Assembly: GCA_949358305.1 (NCBI GenBank)
Contig: OX442314.1
Span: forward strand, 14,198,001 to 14,262,000
Reading direction: 5' to 3'
Source of the DNA: Strigamia acuminata
Lineage: Eukaryota
DNA length: 64,000 nt
The number at the start of each line of letters is the position of its first letter. Within the stretch, counting starts at the first letter, position 1. The translations under genes were made by a program, and so were the position numbers. Below the pieces are notes generated by a model, which saw nothing but the letters and a program-made list of their open reading frames with translations, was not told the origin of the DNA and searched no databases. Positions 48,401 through 63,400 of this stretch are shown in pieces.

Positions 48401-51400
48401 CAAATGACCACTCATTTTTCTCTTTCTTTTCATTTCTTTTCCTTTTTTTATACTAAAAGGATGATTTATCTGTTTGGAAAAATATTTTCCGAAGGCTATT
48501 TTCTGCACTTTAATTTCAGTTCTATTTTTAGGTTTCCATTTGTTTTTCTTTTCTATGCCATATTTTTTTCCCCCCGTTTTGAAATAATTTTAAAGAGCAC
48601 ACGCCCTAATCCAATTGGGTAAATAAAATGGATGTTTTTCGCACACACGTCAATTTTTATCAGCATATGCCTAATATTCATGCATGAAAAAATAAAAGAA
48701 AACAAAAACTTTTCAAAAAATATAAAAAAAAAAATTTTTTTTTTTTAAAAAGTTGAAAAAAAATAAAAAAAATTGTTATGGACAACAAAATACAGCGAGG
48801 CGATAAACATGCATTTTTATTCTTGGCGCATCGGGTGGTGGTGAATTGCTTATTCCACAGAAACAAAGATGGGAGCAGCAGCAGGGCTATCATTTAGATT
48901 TGAATGCAGGAGATTTTTTTTCCCTTTTGTAATGTTGAGGTCGTCAAACACTTGATATGAATTTTAAAGAGCACAACCTACTCGAATTGTCGTTGGAGAA
49001 TATTTGCTTGAAATCGTATTAATGTAATTAATTATTCATGATTAGTAATATTATGAGCTTGCCTGAAATAGGTGTCGTCTTTAATTAATACCAGAGGGTT
49101 GTGTATAAAGGTTATTTGAAGTAAATGAACAATCAAAACTGTTGTTTATTCGTCGATCGTTGTTGAAGTGGCGCATTCATACAGAACTTGGGGCACTCAC
49201 TCATTAAATAAATAATAGAAAAATATACTTCAGACCGTTAGACCAAAGAATTTAGAAAACAAAGAGCAAGGATTTTATGAGCGGGAATCACAGTTGAAAG
49301 ACGCAAAAGAAATTTTACTGACCACGCGGTTTTACGATAATCGAAGCAATGAACCCGCGCACCGCACAACAAAGAAAACGGACCGAACAATGACGCAGCA
49401 ACTACATGAGCGATTCCAAAACAAATTCTGGCGACGTCTTAAAAGTTTACAATTTACATTCTAAAAATAAAAACAACACAAAACCAAAACGAAAATGTAA
49501 CAACGTGTCTAAATTGACAACAAGTGAAGGGAAAATCCATTCTACATGGCTTTAACACGACAAAACGAAACAAAAAGGACGAATTCGTGGACGGATAATG
49601 AGGCCTAAACACGAGTACCGACAAGCCACCGCAAACAAACCAGACACAACAATTGGACATGATCGCCCTAACCACGCAGAAGCAATTGGCTGTCAAACTA
49701 ACGTTACAAGTGCCTTCAATGATTAATACGACGAAAGCAATCAGCGCGTTTACTGGTGTTCATCTCTTGGAGTGGAACACTCAGCAAAGCTTGTAACTGG
49801 ACTCCAGCTTTGACTTTGCCGGACTAATCATAAAGCTAAATAAGCTACAGCTCGTGGCCTCTTTGTTCTATATTTCTCCAAAATAATTATTTTGCATAAT
49901 AATTTGACATTTTTTAATCGATGTTAAAATTTTGGCGATTTTCTTCTTTAAAGAGGACATTACAGTAGTTATTGTAATACAAATAGACTATTTAATTATA
50001 TAATGTGTACTCGTATAGCATATTACCGTATTAATATTAAATAGAGAAAAACGGGCCTCGGAAGTGGTTAGTCCGGTACGGCATACACGGGAAAATTTTT
50101 GCTAATTTTGCTAATTTTGGCTGGCATTGAAGGAGAAGATGGAATTTCATTCCCGTTGGCATCGCAACGATTTTGGACTTAAGACAAAAAGCGAGAGCAA
50201 TTCGGCAGAAAGTTGTAGATGGAAAAGTAGAAAAGTTCAGTAAATCAGGAAGAGAAATTGGAATCACGAAAAAAGATTGGAGAAAATGAAAGAGTAGGAG
50301 GAACCACACGAGTAGGAACTATTGATCTGGCAGAGTGAGGTTGGGAAAACCCTCACCTAGGGGACGCAGGGGTGCGGTCGTTGTTAAATTAGAACCAATC
50401 ACGTATATGCTGCTAAGGGGATGTATGTAAGGGAGATTTGCATTAAGTAATCTAATTAATCTTCTGTCCTGTTGATTTTATTCATTCGTTTCAATTTTTT
50501 AATTACCAATTATTGTAGCAAAATAATTTGAAGAAGTAAAATTAGAAACATTAACTTATATACTCAATGGCTTCAGTTATAAGCGTGATTATAGATTAGC
50601 ACTTGTAAGGTATTGCTCATGAGACTGGTTAGGATCGATCAGGTTCACGTAATAACACACATCTCCGCAACTCGCGTAAAAATCTGAACTGTTTCTTAAA
50701 GACAAGTATTACAAGGCTATTCAAACTCGATCTATGAATCGAGTGGGTGTTACATACCAGTGAGGAAACAGATTGCACTTATTCTATAGCACACTGACAA
50801 CAACCGTCACATGCATCAACATCTGTCGTAAACTTCAAGCTCGAACACCAAATAAACGTGTTCGACCGAAAATATTTAAAGGTTCTGCAAGTTTGAAATT
50901 GTTTCCCCATCAAGCTGTACAAAACAAATTAAATCGCGTTCAAAACAAATCACGGGAAATGAATAAATATCGTAATGGTAATTAGACTTGCAGTAATTGA
51001 GAAGAAGAAGCAAATAAAATAATTAAGATAGACGCATGAAAATAAAAGTGATGCACGACTCAAGTAAACAAAGATAATGCAATAAACAAAAGCCAGAACG
51101 CTACTAAATTATATTAGATTTAAAATACTTGATATGTTTTTGCACTTTGAAATATTTTTTTTTAAAAAAATTAAATGAAAACAAAAACATAAAGTAATTA
51201 GATCACTGGAAAGCAAAGTAATCAAGCCCTACAGTAAGCACAGATCAGCGCTTCACTTCACGCCCTATTTGGCCCAAACCGTGAAACCATTCCTCAAAAA
51301 AATAAATAAATAGCTGCAACAAACGGAGGAAAAAATAGACAACTGCTACATATAGAAGACGACAAGCTCTAACGCACGACCCTTTACCACAAAACCCAAA

Positions 51401-54400
51401 ACCAGCAAAGAGACTATTAATCTACAACAACCTGCAGAGAGAGAGAGTTTGAGATGCTTTTTTTATTTACTCGGTTGATGATCTCGGTGCCTTTTAACAC
51501 ATGGTTTTTCTGTACTGGTTTTCTGTTGTTGGAATGATAGATCTGCGTGTTTGTGACCTCGCTGAACCAAAATCCATATCGGAATAAAAGTCTGACGTCA
51601 ATGAGTGGATCTTTTGTACAAGAGATTGCTATTTTTTTCCCTCTTATTTTGTAGGAAATGTTGGAGAGAAGGCTTCCTTTCTTTAGATGTGCAGGAAAGC
51701 ATCCCACCACTTCTCGATAACAACTTTACCCCGAATCGTTTATTTGTGCTCAAATAAATCAATCGGCTCACCGGCGAATAAGCCAGGTGAATGTTTAGTT
51801 CATTTCCCAATTTCCATTTTCATTTCCCGTTGTCATTTGATTTCTGGGTAATCACAAACCTAGCGACGAATTGTTTACATTTTTCATTGCACAATTTTTT
51901 GTTTTTTTGCTTTTGTTTTTGTTTTTTTTTATCGTTGTTTTTGGAAATCTTCATTTACAGAACAATATAATTGGTCTAAAATAATTTCTGGCAGTTAACA
52001 GAAGTTAAAATGACACAGAATGACACATTGACAAACTACACATTCAATTTTCTTATCATTATATTTACTTGGCAGGGAATTCCACAGTTCTTGAGTCGTT
52101 GAGACATCTCGTGAACATCCCTAACCCTCAAGGTCGTTGAGACGTTCATATTTCATGAAATATCTGTCACGGACATCTTCGTACGTGCGAGTGTTTACAT
52201 GTCGTGAAATTAATTACTGCTTTGATTGGAAAAGCAACATGATGCCAGAAATTGATCGTTCGTTTCCAATCAACGATATACATCTATATTAATTTTATTA
52301 ATCCCGCGCACTATTGTTCGGATGTTCAGTTCGGTTATAACTTTAACCCAGTTCGTTTGAAAACAAAAATATTTTACAAATTGGAACCAGAATGCTGAAA
52401 ATGTGAAAAAGGAATTTCTTATCTTTTTTTCCTCTTTTGTTTTTTTGCTTTACACGACAAGGAAGCCCCAGCAATCAGGAAATAGTGAATCCGTCATCAG
52501 AATTTTAATAATTTATGGCTAATATGATAGGAATGTGTCATACATTTCTATCATAGATATATTTCCCACGTGTGCTTCGACTGTGATGGGTACAGAATTC
52601 GTTTAAAAGAAATTACGTCAAAATATAATCCCATTCTTTTTGTATTATTTATTGTCATAGACAAAACAAAGTGTCTACTTTGTTTTTCATCGAATAAAAA
52701 AAATAAAAAAAATGGAAAATGGACCTTGACAAATCCTATACATAAATTTCGAATACCATTTGTGGTCAGTTCATTTTTTTTTTGAACTCGTTAAATGTGG
52801 TTTGAATCGTGTTTTTGTGGAGTTTCTGTTTACGCCTGACTAAAAACCTCCAAATAAAAGGAAATTGTGCCAAAATTCTTTGTCCTTCGACCAACAGCTG
52901 ACGCGAAGCCCACAAGATGACGGCAGCTGAGAACAAACCCCGCCCTCTGGGCCAAATGATTGTCAAGCTGAACTTGCACTCACTCGCCCTTTGAGCAATA
53001 AAAATTCCCCAATTTGAGCCACCAGCTCAAACTGTGTTGCTATTTATATCCAAAAATGTCGTGCTCTCCCGATTATTCATCAATCAAGTCGTAATTTGCC
53101 TTTGTTCGCCTGATGAAAACTTAATTTGCCATTGATCGACTCGTGGGACCAGTCGAGGCAGAAGTATGGGTTTTAACATATCCCAAGAAATTATAATTGG
53201 CTAGATGAAAAATCAGCTGTCCAGATAGGCACTTATTAAAAGCTGGCGACGTTCATTTGTCCCATTGCCTCACTCAGCATCACGCGATCCATCATGAGGA
53301 AACTCAGCGGGTGATGTGAATGCGTGAGTGTTTCGTTCGACGGCTCACGTCTCGCCAGCTTTGATGGCCAAGGTCGCCCGTCACATTTTTATTGGTCAAC
53401 TATCAACTTGCACTTAAAAAAAGATTTCCGAAGATTGTTCGAGGGACTTGTGGGACGTGATATCATTAAATTGTGATCGAATCGAGTGAAATGTTTCAAT
53501 ACTGCGAGTTTGTTTTGAAATCATCGACATAGCAACCAATATCCGAAAAGATGATTTTTTTATTTTTTTATTTTTTTTATTTTATTATTGTTTTTGTTTG
53601 TTTGGGTGTTTTCTGAGTGTAAGTAATTTTGCATTGTGTTTTCGAAATGGCTGCCAAAGTGGAATCACCACGCTTAATTGTGGTAAACAAATAGTTGGAA
53701 AGAAGTCCAAACATTACATTACCAACACACAATTAAGGAATACATACAAGATTAGCGCGATTATACGCCAGTGGCTGTTAAAGCGTAGGAGAACAGACTG
53801 TCATGTTTAAGGATTAACGTGATGCGAGATTTTGTTTGAAATGGGAAATTAGATTTTGTATGGATTTTTCCCCGGGATTCTACACGACTTAGAGGAGTTT
53901 CGTTAAATGGTGCATGCAATAAGGCTTAGCCGCATTCAAAAAGTCGTGTATTAAATGTGCAAGGTGTAGTTAGCGTTTGAACAAATTATACACAAAATAT
54001 TTTAATATTTCAAGCAACACGAACAATGAATTAGCTTAGAAATCGACCCTATACTAACGCACACTTAAACTATGTGTAAACACTGGAGCTAATAAGCAGC
54101 AAGTTTCCAACAACGGCCCTTAAAGGATGTCATGACTCCACTCAGCATCTTGCAGCATAAATGTCTCGAGATCCGTGGCCCCATGAGGAGTGTGAAAGAG
54201 TGTGAAAGAAACCTCTCGAAGACTGCTTTCTTTACAAATACAATTTGCATTTCTATATGTACTAGTTTGCAAGATATCCACTTTAAAAGATGCTGAGTTG
54301 CTATTTTTTTAAATAAATAAAAAAAAAGTAGAGTATAGGGTGCTTAAAGAGATTAAAACATAAAACACGTGTGTAAAGAGCTGACTAATACAATGCTGAT

Positions 54401-57400
54401 GCACCATTCAAACTCTATTAATTCAATTTTAAAGATTAATCTAAAATCGATTTAAATTCAACGTTGATACAAGTTTTTTTAAATTGTATTATAATTAAAG
54501 TAAAGTGTCGAGAATAACCACCTGGTAGCCAATTCCCTTTGGATCTTGGAATAAATAAACGCCCGGTCCCTAATTGGATGTTTTAACGCTTGAAACACAT
54601 ACACGTGAACCCACGTCAACACTTCACGTCACACACTTCATCTCAATACATTTGAATTTATAATAAACATAAAACTTAAGCCTCACTTAATAGTTACCAT
54701 TGAAAATATGAGGCTTCTGTCATAGGTCTCCAAAGGGCATCACATCAGGATGATTTAATACACCATTTCGAACAGATTTTATTGGTATTCTATTCCCTTA
54801 ACCGCCCCATCCCAAACCTCATCCTAAAGCACTCGGATCCCTGGCTGCGTGAACATTTGTCCACACCTCCTAAATCTATTAGCAGAAGCGCTGGTATAAT
54901 TTCTCCAGTAATCCTAGCCAGATGTTGCGTCGAGATACAAACAAAGTACTTCTTGTTTGAATACTGCAGCGGCAGAAGCGCTTTTGCTAAAATGCAGAGA
55001 AGCATAAACGCAAAAGGGCAGATTACACTGACGCGCATTTTATTTATTTTACCTCGGTGTCAAAATACGGCCCGCCAAGTAGCGTTTAAGTATCTGGTGT
55101 CTAAAGTTGCAATTTCCTAATTAAAACCAAATGATCCAAACACCTGAGTTCGAGCATCAAGTACCACTCGTGTATATTCTGTCACTTGAAGCCCGTTCTT
55201 TAATTTCCTTCAAATATTTTTGGAGTAGGAAAAGTTAATTACGTCAACAAGTTTAACAAACTACTTCGACGATATATTTTGTTGCCCCAATATACATATG
55301 CAATATATTGTAAAAATGTACTTCTAAAATGTATTTTTCAACCTCTGAATTGGGCAATTGGCCATTTATGTTTTTAAAGCAAGCACCTTGCTCAAAATGG
55401 AGGGTAACACACACCACTTGGATAATCCACTTGCAATTGAGCAGCAGTTACTGTTTAATGATCTTCAAATTACTTAAATCTATTATCTGCGTGCGTGTAG
55501 TGTATCCTTATTTAAAGTTAAGTGGGGACTTGAGTTTTTTTGTTGTTTTTGTTGTTTCTAATTTGGTAAGAAGTGCACATAAGGTTGAAGTTACCACGAA
55601 CAAACTTTTGTGTACAGCAAACCACGATGGCTTATCTTGATGAAGAAAAACGCGTCTTTAAATTTGGCCGGGTGCTCAACAAACATAATTTCCAACATTA
55701 ATTTCTCATCAGCATAAATTAAGGTGTGACACGTGTAATTTCCAGTCTAAATAAATAATTGCCAGTTGGAGTAGTACCTTAGGTTTTTGGATTTGAGCTA
55801 TGTTGTTTTCCGAAGAGAAAAATGGATGCGGTAATAGGTTTGTTCAGTTTGTTAAATAAAAAATCAAGGCTAAAAGGAAGCAATTTTGTTTCTTGAATTA
55901 GCCCAACCTTAAACAGAAGTTGGAATAGATTTATTCCTAGTAATTTGTTCACCATTAAATATTACCTGCATCTCAGTGCTCAGGTTGCACTAAATCAACG
56001 TCAACACCGGTTGCTAGGAAAATCTAAAAAAAAAATAAACCTAACCCAAACCGACCAGCAATTTGTTTCAAACCTAATGGGTTTTAATGGAAATTGAAGA
56101 GGAAAAAATGTTATTGATCTCTGAGTTACCGAAATCTGCACAAATGTTGCACCAAATTTCATTCGTATTTATGAAACATTGAAATGCGGTGAAGCCGACC
56201 CCAAATTGCGGTGAAGCCAACTGATCAGCAGTTCGCAGCAGTACACACAAGGTTAGGTTAGGCAGCGTCGGTCACGACGACCAGTTGTTTGATTTAGGAT
56301 ACAATTTCTGCCACAAGAACATCTGCCACCCACTTCTGACTAGATTTTCTGTGGTTTACCATGTTCTCGGTGCAAATGCAAGGTTTGAGCCTTAAAAAAA
56401 AAAGCTCTAATGCCGTGAATGTGCAAAGTCCGCTTATGGTGAACATACTAAGTTAAGTTCTGTAATTGGATAGAACAGATAAAACAGAAGTGTAGTTTCA
56501 GCCAACATTTCTGATTTAACGTATTTAAAATTTATGTCTCGCCAACATCGGACTTCGTTGCTGACAAATACAATTTTCAAATGCCATAGCCGTTAATAAA
56601 TAACACGAAAGCCGCTGTTCTCACAAGGCGGCATACCAAAAACATGGACAATTTGATAGGAAAGTATTATTGTTTTAGAGAAAAGTGTCCTCCAAAGTTA
56701 AGTGACTTTGAAAAGACGCATTACGATCGCGATCTTTCATGAGAATGATGTCATTTCCTGCTTTGTAAAGCAGCATTGTAAAGCAGCAAAGAAAGAAATA
56801 GTTTTGAACCTGCTGCGTCTGTGTTAGCCTACTGCATTTTGACATGAATTAATTTAACTGAGGTTTGCCTCAAAGATGGGAGGAATATGCTCCAATACTC
56901 CATCTTGGTCATGGGTAATTTCGCATGCAATGACCTGTAATTTCCGGCATCATTTGTCTAAGTCAGAAACAGTGCCCAAGACTCAAGAAAAGTGAAATTC
57001 CATTTCAACGAGGAAATTATACCGTAATCAAAAACGATTTTTTTAGTTTTTTAAATCTCGAACATGTGTGTTCGTTAACTTGTTGTTTGCTCTAATGACA
57101 TGAGACATGAGACAGGAACAGAGTTTGTTTGTGCTTTTGACTTTATCTTTTCAATCACACTGACCCCGCGATTGATTGAGTAATAAATCGATGTCTAATA
57201 TACTGAAAGGTGTTTTGTAAATGGAGGGTCTATGTCAAAGAGGAACTGGAGCGTAAAAGTTACTCGTGCAGTGCTAATCACGAAAAGAAGTAAACTCAAA
57301 TTAAAAATTAAAAAAATATAATAAAAAAAAAACAATAATTATTAATTAATTTTTTTTAATTTCTAACTTTTTCTTTAAAAAAAAAAAGATTTTTTTTTAC

Positions 57401-60400
57401 TGATGCTATTTAAAAATTAAAAAAATCTCATGAATTAATGTACAATCTTAGATATTTAAAAACTTATTAAAGCAAATTAAGTTTCTAAAGACGATATATC
57501 ACATTTTAAAACTTATCAAATGAATAAATAAATACAAATTTTCTTTTTCTTTTTCTTTTTACTCCAATTTCTCTACACACTTTGACCTTAGAACCATTTT
57601 AAGTGGATTCTATCTAGAATTGGCAAAACAGACGAAATTAAATTAAATAAAAGATTTTTTTTCCCCCAAATTTGATCCCATCTCTCTGCCATTTTTTAAA
57701 TTACAAAATCACACACAAATCCACTGGAATTCGGTGAAACTTAATTGCAAATTTTTTTGCCCGTTACTTTGAAACTCTCAATCTCGTTTTTACCTTTGAA
57801 GATTGATTTTTACGTAATGCTAATTAGAAACTGAAGTAATTAATTAATGTATGAATGAATAATCAAATTGGCTTAATACCAAATTCAGGAGAAAAACCCC
57901 AAGCGCAAATTCATAGCCAAATTTCACATTTAAATCATAACTGCATTGTTTCCTTACATCATTAATCATTACGAACAGCCTGACACAAACATTACATCAT
58001 GTAGGTTGTAGCACGTAAGGTCAGGGCGATGCCTATATTTGGACATCTCTGGCAATCTCCCAATGACGTCACTTTCAAGGCCGATATCGCATGTCTACAC
58101 TTCAATGTATACCATAGCTCGGTGTAATATCATCGTTTGCAAGTTTTACAGACCGTTTCACGGTCCTTTTCAAGCATCAAGAAAGCTGAAATCGTCTGCC
58201 TGATGTCTTTGCTGCAACTTTTAATTCCGGCACCGGCAAATAGTTGAGGTCGGGTTTGATGCTTCCGGTAATTTTCGAATCTATCGACGTTTTAAAGTTG
58301 AATTCCAAATTGCAACAAATTTGGTTTTTTTTTTAAAACGAATTAGTGCATTAGCAGGAACATAATTTGCTTCTCGTGCGGACTTTTAGGCTTGAACGGT
58401 TACGGTGTAATAAGAAACAAATTAACTCATGTAAGACGTGATGTGTTTTTACAACTTCCTATTCCTATTGAAGTAGAGCTGTCCGAGCTCAAAAAAGAAA
58501 ATAAAAAGAGAAAAATTAATGTCATAATGCAACAAAATCCATCTAGTGGACTTTTGTTCATTATCAAATCAGCCCCAAAATAACACGTGCCAGTGTTGTT
58601 GTTTGGGTGGATCCATCCCATATTTGCTGAAATTCGCCATAGAGTGAGACGGATGAGGCCCACCCTTTCTTATGGTAAGAATAAAGATGTAATTACAGGC
58701 CCTATTCAACGCTTTTTAATATCAAAGAGTACTGCATGTGGAATAGAAGAAGCCACATAATCATGCATAAAACATAACAATGTTTTACAGCAGCTATGTA
58801 TTTTTTGGCTTGTGTTGTGCATGTTTGACTTATTCCAACGCAAGTATCAAAGTTGATTCTTTTGATCCATGTTTACGGCTCGCATTGTCCTATAAATGAC
58901 GTCATTACGGTGAAATGTAATCACATTATTTACAACATTGTTCGCATTTTCCACGCCGTTATTGACATCATTTTTGTCAATGCATGTCACTGATCTTAGT
59001 TCTAATAACAGCCACTGGCATTCAGAGCGGCGCTATTTAGATTTTCCTTTAATATTATTCTATTTTCTTTTTCGAGCTGACCGCTTGACCTTGTTGTGAA
59101 CATTCCTGGTTTGCTGATATGTTTATTACTCTATCTGTTTTGTTCATGGAATTAACGTTGCCGGAAGTGTCCTTCATTACTTTTGATAACATTGCAAAAT
59201 ATGTATATTGTATTTAAGGCTGTTTGTGAAGGCGGGGGGGCTGGGACCGAGTGTTCAAGGGCAAAGTCGTTAGAGAGTGGGTTTATGGATCAGAACGTCA
59301 GAACGAGTTGTCATTTCAACTTCGCATCTACATTTCACTTACTGATATCGTGCGATGTAGCAAAGGGGAAAAAAATCGTTTTATGTCTATTCGCGAACCG
59401 CGAGTTTAAGGATTAAGTTTGTCTTTTGCAACAACACGATCCAATTGACTTTTTCAACCCACGAAAATCTTTTTGTGTCACGTTCAAATCACTTCGTGAT
59501 TTCTCCCGATGGAACCATCAACTCCCCTGATATGAGCATCCAATCTGGAGTCGTGCACGCATGCGGCACCTCACCCGTCATGGCACCACGAACGTTAAAT
59601 TGCTCGTTTCGCTACCATTGTTACCACTCAAGTGCGTATGAGCAGAAAAACACCGACCGCTTTTTCTACTTCGCTCGAAATTAGTACATTTAATCTCGCT
59701 CCATGTTTTTTTTTCATCTTTTCTCGAACCCCCTATCCACCCCCAATTTTTTTTTCACTATTAACTGAGGAAATAAAAATAGAATGTCCTTGATGAGTCT
59801 TTTTTTTTTTTTTTTTTGGTTTTTCTTTTTGTCTTTTTTTGAGGGGTTTAAATGAATTATATTGTACGGCGTTAATTAAATTCAGTCTCAAGAGCACTTT
59901 GTGTCATTTACAGAATGGAAGCGGTACATAAATATTAACCGTTTTTTTTACATTTAAACAAAAAAGTGTTTTAAATTCCGTAAATTCATATTTTTTTGAA
60001 ATTTACGATTTTTTTTTGCTTTCTTTTTGCTTCGAATTTAAAATTGCACATGGAAATAACTTTGTTTACTGCAAAAAGGTAAATGTGTGAATGATTAAAT
60101 AAATAAAGATATATTTTCTGTCGTTTTATCAACGTTTTAGTTCTAGAGTTGTTGAAAAAATATTTCATTAGGTGCTGTTCTTCCAAACCCCAATTCCCGG
60201 AAGTCATTCAACACAGCAGGTGACTTTTCACCTGCCAAATATAAATTGAGAAAGAAAATTTCGAATTTATTACTTTTCGATTTTTAGTTACACCCAATCT
60301 CAATTCATTTTATTTTATTATTATTTTTTTTTTTTTACAAAAATAGAAATTAAAAATAAATAAATGCAGATCGGTAAAACTCCGCCCTTTGTACGTTTGC

Positions 60401-63400
60401 CCGCATAGCAGCGCGGTTGTACAGAGAAGCAACTTTTGCATTTCAAAGGCGGTACATTTCCCCCTTCTGTAACGTTTAAAAATTCCATTAAACTTTTAAA
60501 CCATCATTCCACCGAACCACTTTCAGTGGCTAATATTATTTCGTCCAATTTTATGTGCGCAATAAACCTTCCAATTTAACGTATCGATAAAAATAGCCTA
60601 ATGTTATTCAATTGGTCCTTTAATCCAATTGATTTTACACACTTTTATCATGATCGAAAAACCGTCAACTGCTATTTTTATTTCTCCGCCGACCGACATG
60701 CTTTTCCCCGGATAACAGAATAAATTTCACCCGTTATTAACTTAGAAAACACACCATGTCAGGTCTCGATGGGGAGAAATACTCGAGACTCCTTAAATCG
60801 GATCGGAAGACCATCCATCGATCGGTCGATGCTCCGGTAAAGAAATCATGCTTGACCATTTATTCCTGCTTTTCTGAGAGCTTTCTCTCTCCTTTCTTCT
60901 CTTTTTGGTGACAGTGACTCAAATCCATTCAAAGAATACATGAATAAACAAGTATGTGTGTGTTTGCGCTTTGTTTACTTTGAATAAGTTGCCATAGCGT
61001 GAAGATAGCGAAACTTCTCCTTCACAGCTTATGTCAATCGAAGTTTCGACACGCGTGCACTTTGCTACGGGAAGCCAGTTGGTTTGAATTTTGAACCACA
61101 ATTTCAGAAAAAAATAAATAAACAAACAGAAAATACATTTTTTTTTAAATTTTTAATTTTTAATTTTCGTTAAATTGAATTTTAATGAAGACTATTTCAT
61201 TCATTACTTAAGAATTGATTGAACTTCGGATAATCGCGGTTCATTTTTTATTAAATGGCATCCAAAGAACTTATTTGATTGGCTCATTATGAAATAAACT
61301 GACATTTTAAAAAGTATATTTATGTATTAATAAAAGGGGGACATAAAATATGAAGGAGGACGAACCTTAATAGGAACCTTAATAGTGTTAAAAATATTCT
61401 TTATAAATTTAGATTAATAAATCGATAGGAAACAAACCAAACCCACTCTCATAAACCTACGTGAAAGAAGCGGGAAAGCTCTAAAATAAACGCGTTTATA
61501 CACAAAATGTGCTGATTTGAATCCAAACACATATTTTTACCACATGACATTTCGCTGAGTGAAAATTTATCGTCTAAAAAGGAAAAAGAAAATATTTTGT
61601 AAAAATTTGTCCGCAAAGAAAACAGAAATGCTTTTTACTTTCTCGTGATTAATGACACAGTTACTAATGTCAACATATATATTATAAATGCATATTTTTT
61701 TGTTTCCACTCGCTATTGAATTTAATGAGTTTATTTTTTCTTCTTATTCGAATCCCCCTTTTCTCCTGTTACAACAACAGAGGCAGGTGGGCGTCGGCAT
61801 ATGATCAATAATTTGTGGGCAGTTGGCCAAGGACAGATTGATCACATCCTCTACCTTCGTCTCTTTCATGGATCGCGCCTTACTTTCATACATTTCGTTT
61901 TCAAACTAAATTTTTCCCCCCAAACTTTGATGGTGGAGATAGATGAATGACAGCGAGTTATTTCTTCCACGTATTACATGAATCAAATTCAACATTTTGT
62001 TTGCACGTCATGGACAAACACCCACATTCCATTCCCCTTTCAAAAACCCTAATGTGATAGCACGTTCTGTACAGGTCAGTGAAAGGTGTAAAATTATTAT
62101 TACTTTTTTTTTTTTAAATTGATGGTAATAATAATAAAAATAAAAAAAATGATTGATAAATCAACTTTTTTTTGTTTTGTCTAATTGAGCGAGATTTTGC
62201 ACAATATTTCATGTATACTGCGTGCGTAATAAGCATATCACGTGAATGCGATAAATAAAAGAAGAGAAGTTGAAAAAAAAAATTGAGAAAAAAATCAATC
62301 GCAGCAAATGTCAAATTGGGTGCACGTTATACATTGGATGAAACGCAAAAAGAAGGAATATAATTATTTCGCCAGGGTCATTTAAGGAAGTATTGAGGTT
62401 ATAAAGGAAACGCACGTAACTTCATTTAATGTATTTACTTATTTATTACTTTTTTAATTTGTTGTTGACTCGATCTTATCTGTTTTCATGAGTTTCGCGT
62501 GCGAGTTTTTGAGTCCAAAATGGCTAAAACTAGCACAGTAAACAAATGGATTCTTTTTTATTATAATTTTTTTGTCGATGGTATCATACGATGTTATTAA
62601 GGACATTTTTTAAAAGTACATCGTGAAATTATTGACTGTAAACGCACGGTGTTGTATTTGTGTCGCAATTACGTCTGCAATGGGTGGTTTTGTTTACAAT
62701 CTGGTGGGAAAACATCTGTTAAATTTCCTAAGGATTTCTAGTGGAAAATTTGACTTGTAAACGTACTTTTTATTGGAATTTATTTTTTATCTTACAAAAT
62801 TTTGTATTTAATTTTTTTTTTACTATTAAACTACAGACAACATTACCAAGAATAGATATTTCACTCAGATAACTCATTCTTAAAGCTATATAATTTGATT
62901 GCCAAAAATAAACCGTTTTTCCGCAGTATTATGATTATAAGATAGCAGAAGTTCTTACAATTGCGAGAAATCCATTTCTCTTTTAATCCGCTGGCTTGAC
63001 AAGACTTTACAGCGATCATGTACTTAATCATGGACACCGCAGCCCCCCGAGCCGAGGACGAGGATAAGAATAAGAAAGAGAAGAAAAAACACAACGGAAA
63101 ACCCTCGCAATGACGATAAACTTACAGAACAAAAAAAAACACTTTTATTATCCATTTATTTTTGCTACCCAGTAGGATCCAAAATCTAGTTTAAACCTTC
63201 TAGAATAACACTCAGGATCCCAACTACGACTTACACTGATTTACGGGGGTCAAAAGTCAAAACGTTGCTTTGAATAAACTCTATACAATAATTTAACTAC
63301 GAAGTTGATATTTATGAAAAGAATACTTAATTACGAAGTGTAATCACTGCTTAAAACCACACAAAAGGTCCTATATTCAGGCAAGGTAAGTTGCCTGTGG

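Noticed and set aside
56038..56265. aacct/aggtt short repeats and a duplicated tgcggtgaagcc, possibly a Helitron-type relic or telomeric TTAGG
   Set aside because: Only 2-3 units and no definable termini.
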